DNA of 64,000 nucleotides. Origin: Macrostomum lignano (lineage: Eukaryota). Under the pieces are notes generated by a model. That model worked only from the letters and a program-made list of their open reading frames with translations. It had not been told where the DNA came from and did not search any database. Positions 18,951-62,155 of this stretch are shown in pieces; positions within the stretch are counted from its first letter, which is position 1; the number at the start of each line of letters is the position of its first letter. The stretch is taken from NCBI GenBank assembly GCA_002269645.1, contig NIVC01002472.1, positions 1 through 64,000 on the forward strand. Reading direction: 5' to 3'. The position numbers and the translations under genes are program-made.

Positions 18951-21900
18951 ATGGGACCTGTTTTTGTTTATCTGTCCTTCTAATCCATTCTGTAGGATCT
19001 TCAACAGTTAAAAGCAAACTCAAAACCATTTTAGGATTTGAGCTGATTCAAGTGCCAAAACACAAGCCAGCCAAGTCCTCCTCAGTGGACCCACGCGCTG
19101 GGAGCCCAATCGGCATTAATGACGGCCTGACCGGCGGGCCCTTGGTGCACACTCGCGGCGGCGACCCGCAGCCCTGGATGCTGCTTGACTTGGAGCTGCC
19201 GTACGCCATCTTCGGTGCTCGAGTTTGGAATCGGCGGGACAAGTGGGCGCGGCGATTCTCAAAAATCAAATTTGGTAAGCAGTAAGCAGTCATCGGAATG
19301 GGCGGTACTGCCTCAGCGCTGGTTATGGGATGATTTTATCGAAACCGCTGCGCCAATGTGGCCACAACCCTCCTGCGAATATTATTTATTTCAGCGAGTG
19401 CAAGCCTACATGGCTACATGTAGCTACCTAGCAAGAGCAGGTGAGTATCTTAAAACATTCCTAGACTGAGGCGTCTGCAGCAGCAAGTTTCCTTCATAAA
19501 TTTATGAAAGAAAATGATGTGTAAATAAAAAAGCAGCAGCTTTGAAAGCCAGCTACGAGCGTATTTACTAGCCTAATATATCAGCATGCCCTTGTAAGCT
19601 TTGGCTTAAAGCATTTAAGCAACCCCCATAAGCCACATAATTTCAGAAATATTCCCATGAGCCCTGACATCTTAAAATTCTCTCCATGAGCCACAGAATT
19701 TAAGAAGTCCTCTATGAGACTTTATGTCGGATAGCTTGGTCGCATTAGGTCGATTACTAATGACATTGGCCACTCGATAGTTCTCTCTGTTTGATCACTC
19801 GTTTCCGAACTCATAATTTCGCATTGGCGACAAGGATGGCTACAACTGGTAGAATATAGACTCAGACATTGAGATATAGTTGCAGAGGCTTGAACAGTAC
19901 TTCATCTGCAATGATGTCTGAGACGTGGCGAAGGTCGCAACGCTTGTGGCCGCTATCGGAGAGGATGCTTGAACAAGGTTCTTCAGAATTTGTGCTTGAC
20001 AGAAACTGTGGCCTCCAAGTCCTACTCTGACCTAGCAGTTATCCAGAAGGCACATTATTCTACACAGACGCCAATGCTATCCGCCAGATTCCGCTTTCAA
20101 CACCGCTTACAGAAGCCCAGCGAGAGTCTCACTGACTTTTATTGCTGGCCTCGGAGCATAGAAAATTTGAGGCCACTCTGGATGACAGACTGCGCGACCA
20201 GCTTGTCTTCGGTCTCCGCAGCGGCGTGCACCGTGCAAAGCTGCTGGAGGTCGCACAGCCTGACTTCAAGACGCTCGTTGCCAGAGTCGACAAATTGGAG
20301 GCAGCGAAGAGATCGTCGTCGGAAATGGCGCACGGGGCTGAGCAGTTGCCTATCCGCGTCTTCACAAGAATTTCACTGCGCCCAAAGCAAAGGGGTCAAT
20401 AAGCACCTCCCCCGGAAAGCCCTGCCGCCAATCTTGAGCCAACGCTATGCGAACAGCAACTGCCACAGGCGCGTGCGCGAGCTGCGGTAGTGAGCACATT
20501 TGGCGACAGTGTAAGTCTACTGGGGCTAAGTGCCAAAACTGCGGCAAAGTCGGGCACATCCGGAAGGTGTGCCGGACTTCTAAGCTGCACAAGTTGGATC
20601 CAGAGCCTGCTGAGTTACAGGAGCCTCTCTTCAGTATTAGTCAGAGCGGGTCGAGCAAGGGTCTGACGGTCGAGCTGCGGCTCCAAGGCAAGCCATGTCT
20701 CTTCGAGGTAACTGGCTCCGCCCTCACCGTCGTCATCCGGAAGAGCCTTCAGGAGGATAGGTCTCTGTATATCGCCGACATCCACAGTGTTGCGGACCTA
20801 CATATGAGGGAGCTTCTGGAGGCCGGAGCTGTACCCAATGCCGCGCATCGAAGACGTGCTGCAAAGCTGGATGGCGGCTGCAAATGGTCCAAGCTGGACA
20901 GGTCAAACGTCTTCCTGCAGCTGCCGTTGTCTGAGGATAATAGCCCTTCTTGATCATCAACACGCAGCGAGGATTTTACCATCTGAACCAACACCAGATC
21001 GACGCGGACTGCGGCCGCTGACTTGTCCGACCGGGCGAGCTTGGCTGGGTGTTGAACCAGTGGGGCGTGGCTCTTGTGCGATGGTGCGGGGTGGTGTACG
21101 TGCCTAGGTTACGTGCCCCCTGTTTGGGTGCCTTTTTTAGCGCAGGGCCGGGCGGAGCGTACTTTGCCTTGTAGTAACTCGCAATAGCAGCAAGTGCTTC
21201 GTTGTTTTTCCTTTATTCAAGCTGTTTGTGCACGTGCGTAATTTTTTGTCCCAATGTTTATTCCTGACAATGTTCCGTCTTGAAAATACACGCTTATTAA
21301 TTAAATCTAACTATACACAAGTTAATCCTGCGTTCGATTTCTTCTCTACGCAGAGAGAAGTCGAAAATGAGAGACCACTGCTTTGATGTAAGTCGACCAA
21401 ATGTTTGCTAACCGTTTCTGCTACTCCTTCACTGTCCTGCACGATGCCTGAGAAATATTCACCAGAGGGCAATTCTGCCCATTCTTTGACTCCTAAACAC
21501 ATACAGCTCACTCGCAGTAATCAGAACCGGCTTCCGGGTACTTTACTTTGGCGACTCAGCTCGTACTTACTAACCACGGATCCGGGACCTCATCCGTGAA
21601 CCTGTTCAGAGTTTTTATTTAACAGTCAGTGCGCAAAATTAATTCTACACACCAAATACTCGTGCAAAGCTTTACATTCTTTCCTCTCTACCCGCTAACT
21701 CTTTGAACTGATGTTTCGACAGATTATAAGATAAACTTTTGCGCTACAAAACACCTGGTCCTCCATTTATGCTACACTTTCTCTGCAGGCGTCACCAATA
21801 ACCCCTCTGTGTGGACAGCATTCAACAAAAACCTTTTCGGAATTTGTTTCTACTACACCAACGTCCCAACTGTTGAGGAAAACCCAATCAACATCACCTG

Positions 21901-23135
21901 CACGAGGCCCATCGTTGGCAGGTACTTTACGATGTACATGAATGCTTCAGGCATGGACCCGAACCTTCGCTACATCCACATAACCGAGATCGACATTTTC
22001 GCCTGTGAGAGCATGTCAACATGAATATTAGATTTTTTTCTGAATTTTTTTGCATGTAGTTTCCTCTGTACAGCTGTAGCAGAAGGCCTCTAAACTCCCA
22101 AATTGTATCAATTTCGCCTCAAAATGCATTAGAAATATTTAAAATGTTCCAAGTTTTTTTCGATTCAATTGAAAATTTTCGATTGTTTCCATGGTTTTTG
22201 TGGTATACATGAATGTACGATTCATTTTGGCGGTGAACGGCTGAAGACTCGTTTATGGGTCCAGGCCAAGGAGTTCTATAATTAGCAATCTGGAGCCGAA
22301 ACGAGTTTTACCTCATGAGGCCACGCCAGTTGTAAAGAATAAGGAGCTAGCACTGAATGTCTATGGCTCTGTCTGACTCTGTTAATGCTAGTCTGGCCTC
22401 ATGAGGTAAAACTGAAAAACTCGTTTCCACTCCAGGTGCTAATTATAGAACTCCTTGGTCAAGGCAAAGCCGGATTTAATCGTAGCTTATGGGAAAGGAG
22501 TTCTATAAACTCTTATAGAACTCCTTGCTTATGGGTGTAGTTGCGCGACTGAAGCCGTTCGCAGTCATAGATAAGTGAAATAAGCGAGGAATAATGTATT
22601 TAGTGCTCACTTGAGTCTGGCCATAAACTATAAGACGTATTTGTTTGGCCTGATGCAATTTAACTCCAAATAGATACGTTTCTGTAGACTATGGCCGAGC
22701 CGAAGTGGCGAATAAACGCTACAAGAGACGCATCTCGTATCAGACGCATCAGAGATGCAGTTTGGATGTGCGGCCATAGCTGATGCCGAAAATGAAAGCC
22801 AGTTTGCCGAAATTGAATGCAGTTTTATCGAAATAGAACGCAAAAAGGTGTATCATCTAACTGCAATCCAACTTCCAGTGGCCAAGGGTGTCTCGCTCTA
22901 CGCCGACACTCAGTCCAGCATCTCGGCTGCATCTAGCGTCCTGTTGGCTCAGCGGTCTGGACTGCAACTCAGATCTCACATGGAATGTCTGATCAGGTGC
23001 ACGAACCTGCAACCAAATTGCTTCTTCGCTCTGGTCATTCCCGGATCCGGCGACTGCCTGCTTTTCGGGCCGACCGGCACCGCTAGCGGCCTCGTCGCCA
23101 GCAAGTACTTCGAACTCGTCGTTGAGTTTAATTAG
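18951..23135 (+). CDS. F-type lectin (fucolectin/FTP) + PAN/apple domain protein, 3 recognisable coding exons
   Basis: Exons (18951 or 19035)-19274, 21789-22004 and 22879-23135, joined by phase-1 GT-AG introns. FTP motifs NDG..VHT..PWMLLDL..WNRRDKWARR (H-x27-RxDx4R) and C.RPIVGRY..EIDIF. PAN-like ECLIRC..NC..GDCLL. A possible signal peptide MG(T)CFCLSVLLIHSVGS needs one restored G. Confidence 0.8.
19825..20990 (+). mobile_element. Degenerate Ty3/Gypsy gag-pol remnant in intron 1 of the lectin gene
   Basis: PBS-like TGGCGACAAGGATG, gag RFRF..R.QKPSE and RLRDQLVFGL, knuckle CQNCGKVGHIRKVC, protease-like TGSALTVV and RT start MPRIEDVL..SKLD. Many stops and frameshifts. Confidence 0.85.
22267..22457. 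mobile_element. hAT-type MITE (191 bp, about 60-bp imperfect TIRs)
   Basis: Termini CAAGGAGTTCTATAATTAGCA / TGCTAATTATAGAACTCCTTG with an 8-bp TSD GTCCAGGC / GTCAAGGC (7 of 8 match). Confidence 0.85.
22494..22527. mobile_element. 34-bp TIR-only derivative of the same hAT MITE family
   Basis: AAAGGAGTTCTATAA-ACTC-TTATAGAACTCCTTG flanked by a perfect 8-bp direct repeat CTTATGGG (22486-22493 and 22528-22535). Confidence 0.75.
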
Positions 23136-24029
23136 CTCGTGCTGAGTCTTTGTCAGTCACGTTAAGAAAGTTTTTTAACAGCTTATTTGTATACATTCTC
23201 TAGCTCTTTTTTGGAGAGAAACGGGTCTTCACTGCTTGTGTATATTTTATACCGAGTTTTAATCAAGGACCACTAAAATCACTCAAAATTTCAACCATTC
23301 AAGGCTTCTGTAAACGAACTTTTACTTTTATTTAAAGAGGCTGATAATCTATTTAATTTTTTATTAGAGACATGTTTGTGTGCACCCTGGCACACTTTAA
23401 GCGACATTGTCGAGAGGCATTGCAAGCCTCCAATACGTACGCAGTCATACGCACAGGCACACTTTCACACAGGAGTGTACAGTGGCGCTAACTTTATTCA
23501 TCGTTAGGCATGTACACTTCACTGTTCCTTGGGGGTTGGCCCTCAAGGCCGTTAATTGCACGAGCAGAGCCAAGCCGAGATTCCAATTTAGCCCCAAATT
23601 AATGCGACTGCACTTGGAATCGAGCCTGGGCCGCTGGCACACGCACCCAGCAACTTGTTAAATTTTCCACCCCGATGCCAGTGGTCAAAAGTTGGGTGCT
23701 TTAATCCAGCTCATTATGCAAAATGCATCACAACGCGCTCGAGGTCGTCGTATGGCTAGTGAGGAATTAAACTCTTGGATGTGGATTTCAAATCCTCTTC
23801 TGTAACTAAATTTTGTTTAACTGTTTAACTTTTTCTTCGTAAAAGTTTCCAGATACGAGATATTTCGTAAAAATTGTCATTAACTTTTTTAAGCAAGAAA
23901 AATAAGCCAAGTGAACTAAAAACACATTGTTATAAAAATATTGCACTGCACTTTTTTTCCTAAAACGTCTCCAATATTATTTTCTGCTAAATTAGTTTAT
24001 TTCAACACTTTCTGGCACTTTCAACACTT

Positions 24030-24672
24030 TCTGTGTCATGCTTGGGGCCCCTGTGTCATGCTTGGGGCCCCTGTGTCATGCTTGGGGCCCCTGTCTCATG
24101 CTTGGGGCCCCTGTGTCATGCTTGGGGCCCCTGTCTCATGCTTGGGGCCCCTGTCTCATGCTTGGGGCCCCTGTGTCATGCTTGGGGCACCTGTCTAATG
24201 CTTGGGGCCCCTGTGTCATGCTTGGGGCCCCTGTGTCATGCTTGGGGCCCCTGTGTCATGCTTGGGGCCCCTGTCTAATGCTTGGGGCCCCTGTCTAATG
24301 CTTGGGGCCCCTGTGTCATGCTTGGGGCCCCTGTGTCATGCTTGGGGCCCCTGTGTCATGCTTGGGGCCCCTGTGTCATGCTTGGGGCCCCTGTGTCATG
24401 CTTGGGGCCCCTGTGTCATGCTTGGGGCCCCTGTCTAATGCTTGGGGCCCCTGTGTCATGCTTGGGGCCCCTGTCTAATGCTTGGGGCCCCTGTGTCATG
24501 CTTGGGGCCCCTGTGTCATGCTTGGGGCCCCTGTGTCATGCTTGGGGCCCCTGTCTAATGCTTGGGGCCCCTGTCTAATGCTTGGGGCCCCTGTGTCATG
24601 CTTGGGGCCCCTGTGTCATGCTTGGGGCCCCTGTCTAATGCTTGGGGCCCCTGTCTCATGCTTCGGGCTCCC
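24030..24672. repeat. 20-bp minisatellite CATGCTTGGGGCCCCTGT[G/C]T, about 32 copies
   Basis: Near-perfect head-to-tail units with no spacers. Confidence 0.97.
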
Positions 24673-26143
24673 TGTCTCCTAGGCTCTAAGAGGTGCAGCA
24701 GAAGTTGAGCTCCTGTCATGCATCGAAACCTCTGATGAAACGGACTAACTAACCTCTTTCATTCAGTGTTCTTTGCGGGGGACGGTGGAGAGAGGCCGCG
24801 CCCCCTGCGTATGCCTCTGCCTGGATTCATGGTTGTAAGATAATATGTCGAAACCTGGGTTTAAAAATCAGATTAAGAAGATTAAATTCTTTGTTTCAAA
24901 TAAAACATACGCTCGTAGAACTCTTTGAACCACAAAAAGCAGCTTTGAAGCATAAAAAGCATAGCTATAAATTGTTTGTTTGTTTTTAAGTCTTTTTACT
25001 ACTAGTTTAAATACGAAGTAGCTATAGGCACTACTCGCTTCATTAGTAGCTAAGTAGTATAAGTAGTAATGAGCTACATAAACATTGAAATTGTGAGAAA
25101 AATATAGAGGCAATTAATTTTTTTACAATATGTTTTGCGAATATTTTTAACGCTACAATTAGACAAATGATTTTTGGGTTCAATCTTGATAGAGTAGTTA
25201 GTGGAAATTCATAAATATATAAGTAACAGAGTCATAACTTATCCAATATTTTCTGCAATCTTAGAACAGAGTTCAGCTTTTTATTTTATGATTATTGTTG
25301 CTTCCTACACAGACATTCATTTGAAAGGGACTTTTGACTCGTCTGATAGATAGTCTGATAGATCAGTTGCGTGCAATTTATGATAAATCTCTTTTTTTCA
25401 GCAATTCATAGAGCATTCTTTGTTGAATTAATAGGCTCATTCACTGCTGCAAGTTCATAAGCAGAGAATTTGCTCAACAATGTGTGCTCAGAGATTCCGC
25501 TCCTCTCTGTGTACTCACTGCCATGGCGCTGTCATTTCAATTACGACTGCATAGCCATGCAGCTCTTTTTTTAAAATGATTTTTGTCAAGCAGGGAAATA
25601 TTGCAGACGGGCTGAGTCACGGGCTCCATGGCCTGCTCTTAAAACCCCATCAGCTCTTCCAATTCAACCAGCATGACTCCAGCAGCAACTCCTTCGCTTT
25701 GCTCTCTCGCTCTCTCCTTCCCTCTTCATCTCTCACCGCTTTTGTGTACCGAAGCTGCGAGAGCAACGGTCCGTGAGCGCGCACACCCATTCACGATGGT
25801 TGGTTGACTCTCTCTCTGTGTTTTATATTCTCAGCTCCACTCACGCGCACACTTACCGACTCTCCCCGGCTTTGCTCTTCTCTCCTTTGCAGCTCTGGAT
25901 TCTGGCTGCTCGCCTCTAGAGGCAAGGGAAAGGAGAGAAAGGAAAGAGAGGAGAGAAGCCACACTGAGACGAAACTCGCGCGCAGGGTTAGGCATTTTTA
26001 GCTGTTTGCGCCAATCTGTTCCAGTCGTGGCGAGAAGCGAAGGCACCCAGAGCGCGAAGTCGCAGCGTTGCCATTCTATCAATCAAAACTAGCCTCTAAA
26101 ACTGCAGAGAACTCGCCCTGATGGTGCTGTTTTTGCGTAGGGA

Positions 26144-44408
<18,265 letters not shown>

Positions 44409-47400
44409 TTTTTACTTCGAGCCAAGGGATTAACAAACAATTAATGCGAATTTAATCAGCACGCATCAATCTCAGAAATGTTCTTTCTCACCTTTAATCT
44501 ATATTTTAGTTGAATTAGTCGCTTTTCATTGCTTGTAAAATCCGTCCACATGGTTACTTTACTGTGCAAAAATATTTATGCTTGTATTTTACTTACTACC
44601 GACTTTAGTGTATCAAACAGTAGTATGTTTTCAACGGATTCGCTCGATGTAAGTCTGCGATTACTTTTCTATAAAACTAGTAACGATAGGAAGATAGACA
44701 TATATTTTATTTTTCAATTAGGGCACCAACGATTCATGATAATTTTTTAGGTTTCACAATTTGTAGCTGGTCTACAACAGAATTTCGCTATACGTATCAG
44801 AATATTAGTGGGAAATTATTTTTTTATAACAATCGTATTTCATTTAGAATATACGCGATCATGGAATTGCACAAAACTGGAACAGCGCTGTTCGGTTGTC
44901 ACCAGCAGTAGCTGATAGAAAAAAACTTTGTTTTTAAATCAGTTTTGCTTTACTCGTAGTTCGCTCTTAGTATTGGCTCTTGGAAATGTGATAAAAAAGG
45001 CAATTAGATAAATAGCATGCACGATAAGCAATTATTTAGGCCCTAGACAAACCTACTTTTGAAGCGTCAGAGATTTTAAAGCTATTGGCCCTAATCGCCT
45101 ATCGCCTGTCGGCGAGTCCTACCAGTCTTTCTCCAATAGCCGCAGGTACAGTACAAGAAAAGAAAGAACACGAGGGAACACAAACCGAAAGATTTAGAGA
45201 GTGATAATCCTATTTCAAGAATAACTAAACTTGATTGACGGTTTAATTTGACAAGTTATAATAAGTTACAAGGTTCTCAATACGATTCACGGCGCAGATA
45301 AATTGACACTGATGATAACGAGTAATAACGATACAACGATTAGCGATAATAAATTAATAACGCAACTGGCAAGCGGATCCCAGCTGAAGAAGAAGAAGAA
45401 GAAGAACCGAACACAGGACCACGGAGAAGACTCCTAACCCCTGGCCTAAACCAGAACCTACACTCAAACGAGAGCCCTGCCGAATGGACCGTTCAACGGA
45501 GCACTGACTAAGTTCTATCAGCGCTGCCCTTCAGTGTGACACTGAGGCCCTCGGGGTCGAGGCCGCGTACTTGATCAGATCCGACAGTCTCTATCTAAAC
45601 CGCGCTTGATAGCGACGACGTCAGACAAGGATGCCGAATCGTTACGCTACAAGACTGAAGCGGTCGGGCGGGGAACAAAATATGGACCGAGGTGATGAAT
45701 TCAAACGCCTCAAAGCGCGAACCAAAAAGATCGGGCGAACAGCCGGGGAACCGGGACAAAATCAAAACCGGGGAAAGAAAAGGCGAGATCCGATTGCCAA
45801 ATACACTTTCATATATAGTCAGAGTCAGACCCTCAAACCCCCCCCCCCCTCAAGCCTGGTGGTGGTCGTCTGGCCGGCCGCCCGCTAATCCGAATTGCAC
45901 TGTGCCCGCGGCGCCGGGTGGAACTGGAACTTGCCGCGTGCCGGGGTCCAGGCCGGTTCTGATTGGCTGGCCGCGCAAAGCTGGGGTCACAATTGGCGTC
46001 TGACTTCTAGCCTGTTTACAAATTTAGATTTTAACTAACAAGAAAAAGTACACCAAAAACGCATGACTAAACTAAAGCAAAATAATAATTCAATAACAAT
46101 AATGCAAAACCTAACTAATAGAATACGCAAAAGATGCTCACACTACAGAAACATTGCAGAATACACAACTCGCGATCCCAGATATGCTTAAATAGTGATC
46201 CCCGATAACTGGTCAATGGTCCCTAAAACATAATACATGATACTCGATACAAGGTTTCCAATAAATGATCTCCAATACATGCAGACCATACATGATCAAA
46301 TATGATACATGATTCTCAATCCCCGATCATTTCCGAACATCCCCGAATATCTCAATACATGATCCACAATACATGATCTCCGATACGTAATTCCCAATGA
46401 TCAATATGCATGACACTCGATCGATAATTTCCAATACATAATCAGTGTTACATAACCCTCTATCAATTTACATGATTTCTTCAGCAGTCATTATTTTGTA
46501 GCAAACTGTTTCTTAAACCCACGGTTCATAGCTTAGTTGACCAAAGTCGAGAAAAATAAATAGCATCTATTTTTAACCCCAAACATGGCGACTGCCAACT
46601 CAATGGCCGCTGATATCACTGTCAACTGCTTGTGTCGGACAGTCTGCTTTTAGCCCTGGGTGAAGTTGGAGGGCACGATCAATCACTGCCTGCCTGCTCT
46701 GGCTGAGCAAGGAGACGCTCCAGTCTGAGAACCAAAAACGGCTGGGCGGAAGCGTCACCCCAGCTCTGTTTCCAGCCCCGCATGAATGCTTTGAGCAGCC
46801 GGGGGCCGGCACTTCCGGGCAAATACAAGACATATTGGAGAGGAGTTGTTTGAGTTTGCTGGGGTATTGTAAAGTCAGAAAACTCCTTTATCAGACTCCA
46901 GGGGACCAGCCGCTCCTTATGCATGGAGAATAGCTAAAAATAGACGCAGACCCACCAGTGCCAACCTCCTCCCAACTCGACCGTCAGTTGATCCTTTGAT
47001 CCCCTCCAGCGTAGCTCGTTCCTGATCCCCGGAGGCGGCCCGGTTGACAGGGCTTCGGGTTTCCTGGAACCCCAATGGCTCTGCGTGGGCGGTCCGGGTG
47101 TGTTCTTGGATAACTGCAGCTCACTCAGCATTATCTTTTCGGCTGGGGCATTTTCTTGGGAAGCGTCTGAAGCTCGTGGCGTGATACGAGCTCGCGGAAT
47201 GCAGATTAGCGCGCAGCTTTTGCGTGATTCTGGCCCTGGAGTACTATGAAGCCCACATCTGGAATGGGAGATGGAGCTGACTGATGTTACAAACTCGTAG
47301 CTTGTTTCATTGAGGTCCGAATCGTGCGCTAACTCTGTCAAGAACAGAATAAAAATTTCATTTTATTTTTCGTCAGATATTTCGTCAATGAGCTTCCGTG

Positions 47401-47678
47401 TCTAGCGGAAGTCTTGCAATCCAAAATCTACATTCTGCAGGATTAGCGAACTCCTTAAGCGGCCAGCTATTCTATAACGAAGATTTCCCCGCGTTCCATT
47501 CATGGCGTTTGCGTCCCCTGCTCTCTCCCCCCTCTTTCTCCCCATCCCCCCTCCTCGGAGCCGGCAGGATAAAACCAGCAACTCAGCGGCCTCTCCTCAC
47601 TCGCTCCTCTGCAGATCTCCCGCATTCTGACCCAGTGGCTGTTTGCTATTCGAAACTAAAACATTCGAAATATCCAAT

Positions 47679-51319
<3,641 letters not shown>

Positions 51320-53027
51320 AACTGCGCTGATTACCTCAATGATAAAGCACTGTTTCTTTAAAACTTCATATCGATGAATTAAAAATCTGTCCCAGTTAAA
51401 CTGACGAATTGCATCAAAATGTACTTTTACCCACTCGCATGATCCTAATATATAGAGATTATCTGTATTTAGCAGAGATTCATGTTGACCTCATGCGCTC
51501 GGATGTTTTAGTAAACCACTGCCCATCTATATTAGAAGCATAATCATAACTGCCCTTTGTTAGCCTAGTGGTTGGTTCGTGCGCTATGCTTATAAACAAG
51601 AGAAACTTAACGCTAAGTATTTTCATTTACAAAATATTTTCGGAGCAAGAGTATAGTCTACTGCTGGTTAAATGGAAACCGCACAATGACCTCATATAAA
51701 CAAATCAATTACTGCAATTCGTGACATTTTGTTCGCGAATACATGTTATAAATATGTTCGATCGAAAGAAATATTTGTTGTAATTCTAACAAAATCAAAC
51801 CAAAAATAAAAATTTTGTCGAGTTTTTTTATTAGACCTCTGTGAGTAAACAAACAATTAGAAGTGCTTCGGTACAACTGTACTCGCACAGCTCATTCAGA
51901 AGCGAAACTTGGCTTGCATGTTTTATTTTCAACTTTTTTTACACAGCGAATGCAGCACGTGAAACGAAATTACAAAGCGAATGCGTTGGGCGCCAAACTT
52001 CCTAGTAAAGCTCAACCAATATCTATAAATATCGCAATAGTTGAAATTCACTGAAAGCGAATGTAAATAGAACAAATCAAATTTGAACGCTTAAAATTTG
52101 ACCAGCAAATTAAAGCAACATAATTTCTAGGATTTTTAATACACATATTAAAATCACTAATTTAATAATTATACTAGCTTACACTTATAGCGAGGACGGA
52201 AATTTTAAAGGAATATTGGACAAACGAAAAAAAATGTGACTGTTGAAGTGAAGCGTAGTTTGAAAACATTTTAAGTTCAACCTGTACTTAGCCAAAAGAA
52301 ACAATAAAAACCGTCATTAACGGTGTTATGAGATTTTCTTTCAACGATTAACTTTAGTAGCATTTGTTGATTTGTAGCTAAGCTATTATATGCTTATTAA
52401 ATACTCGAGTAAAGACAAACAACATACATAGAGCCTTTAAAAGTGCATTTATGAAGTACGAAAACAGGAAACTTCGATTCTAAGAAATCTTTATGAAGGA
52501 TTAAATCGAAGTGAATTTTCACTTCGATTAAACAAATTGTAAGATGCATCGAGTACAATTTATTAAGTTTTCGAAAAACTTTTGCCTTCAAAAGAATTCT
52601 AACCGTACGAACTGTCCTGTCTTAAACAGAGTTGAACATACTGTAAATTAACAAAAATAAATGTACAAATATGAATTCTAAATTGCGAAATTATTCGAGA
52701 GTAGTTAGAAGAGAACTAAAGCATTTCGCTGAAAGTTGTCTAAGCATGGCAAATCAATTTTTCAGTTGGCTACCGCAGTGTTCCATGCGTCTTCCAGCTG
52801 GTCTTCAACAGTTCTAAAAAAAACAGCAGAAATTAGTTTGTGGAATCTAATTCAATTCTAGCAGATAATATACTCTACTGAAGTAGAAGCGTAGAAAACG
52901 ATACAGTCCTGCATCACACTACTGAACATGCAGTAGTTTTCAGTAGGCAAAATCTTGGAGGTAGGTACAAAGCAAAGTTCTTATTTTTCACAAGTCGGGT
53001 GTGCGGGTCAAATAGTGACATTGTCCT

Positions 53028-53583
<556 letters not shown>

Positions 53584-53789
53584 GTGACATTGTCCTCGCT
53601 AGCGTCCGTCGGAGTCTCTTAAACTACAGGATCGCTCCAGAGATCCCACTGTCACGAATCGATTGCCAAAAATTGTCTTCCGACCAACTCAAACCTTAAA
53701 CTGAAGCGCTGACAATACGCTCGTAATTGCAATGCAACCCGGCCTCCAATCAAGACAGTTTGAGCAAGAGAAATAAATAAAAAACAAAC

Positions 53790-61217
<7,428 letters not shown>

Positions 61218-61242
61218 CTTTTAGAGGCAGTATTTTATTTAT

Positions 61243-61610
61243 TACCAGAATCTCATGATTCTTACCAGAATCTCATGATTCTTACCAGAATCTCATGATT
61301 CTTACCAGAATCTCATGATCCTTACCAGAATCTCATGATTCTTACCAGAATCTCATGATTCTTACCAGAATCTCATGATTCTTACCAGAATCTCACGATT
61401 CTTACTAGAATCTCATGATTCTTACCAGAATCTCACGATTCTTACACCGAAACTCACGATTCTTACAAGAATCTCACGATTCTTACCAGTACACCGAAAC
61501 TCACGATTCTTACCAGAATCTCACGATTCTCACCCCAGAAACTCACGATTCTTACCCCCAGAATATCATGATTCTTACCCCCAGAATCTCACGATTCTTA
61601 CCCCAGAACA
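61243..61610. repeat. 20-bp minisatellite GATTCTTACCAGAATCTCA[T/C]
   Basis: Tandem units. Confidence 0.93.
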
Positions 61611-61863
61611 AAAAGTCGGTGATAATTGCTGAAAAGAACAAAAAATCGCTCAGTTATTTAAAATCGGGTTGGCCCCAATGGCTGTGAATGGCACGAGAAC
61701 CCCCAAATAAATGCTTTTTTAAGTCTTACAGTCTCTCAGTCTTTCGGTGACACCAGGTACGGAACTTTAAAAAGTGATATAAAAGTATAACTAACAATAG
61801 GCTACACCCCCTAGGCTACAGCCCCCTACAACCCCCTAATACCCCCAAGGGGATTGGGGGTTT

Positions 61864-62155
61864 TAGCCTAGTGCTTAGAGCGTCGGACTCACGACTTGAA
61901 GGTCGAGGGTTCGATTCCCGATTCCACTGGAACAATCTGTGCCCTTGGGCAAGACACTTAACTCTGTCTGCATTGCTCCAGTTCACCCAGCTGTAAAATT
62001 TGTGCCAGCATTAGCTGAGGTAATTGAGGGTGCGTGTGCAGCGACCCCCCCCCCCAGGTACTCGGACTGAACAGCCGTACGCAGCCTTCAGATGCTGCGA
62101 CTGAGCTGTCGGCTGCACATCTGCCCATAGTGACAGGTGTAATCAGTTATTATTT
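61864..62155 (+). mobile_element. tRNA-derived CORE-type SINE, copy 3 (most complete)
   Basis: A box TAGCCTAGTGCTTAG, B box GGTTCGATTCC and CORE-like GCCCTTGGGCAAGACACTTAACTCT..CCAGTTCACCCAGCTGTAAAAT. The 3' tail is shared with the other two copies. Confidence 0.86.

Noticed and set aside
45380-46010. Possible LINE 3' end with (TTC)n tail, or an LTR-like GC-rich block
   Set aside because: No recognisable RT or endonuclease motif, TSD or second copy in the window.
46580-47400. GC-rich segment with several short ORFs upstream of GCH1
   Set aside because: No recognisable domain or consistent splice pattern. It could be a decayed element.
61864-61940. Possible tRNA gene (A and B boxes)
   Set aside because: It continues into CORE-SINE body shared with two other copies, and no complete cloverleaf or terminator is evident.
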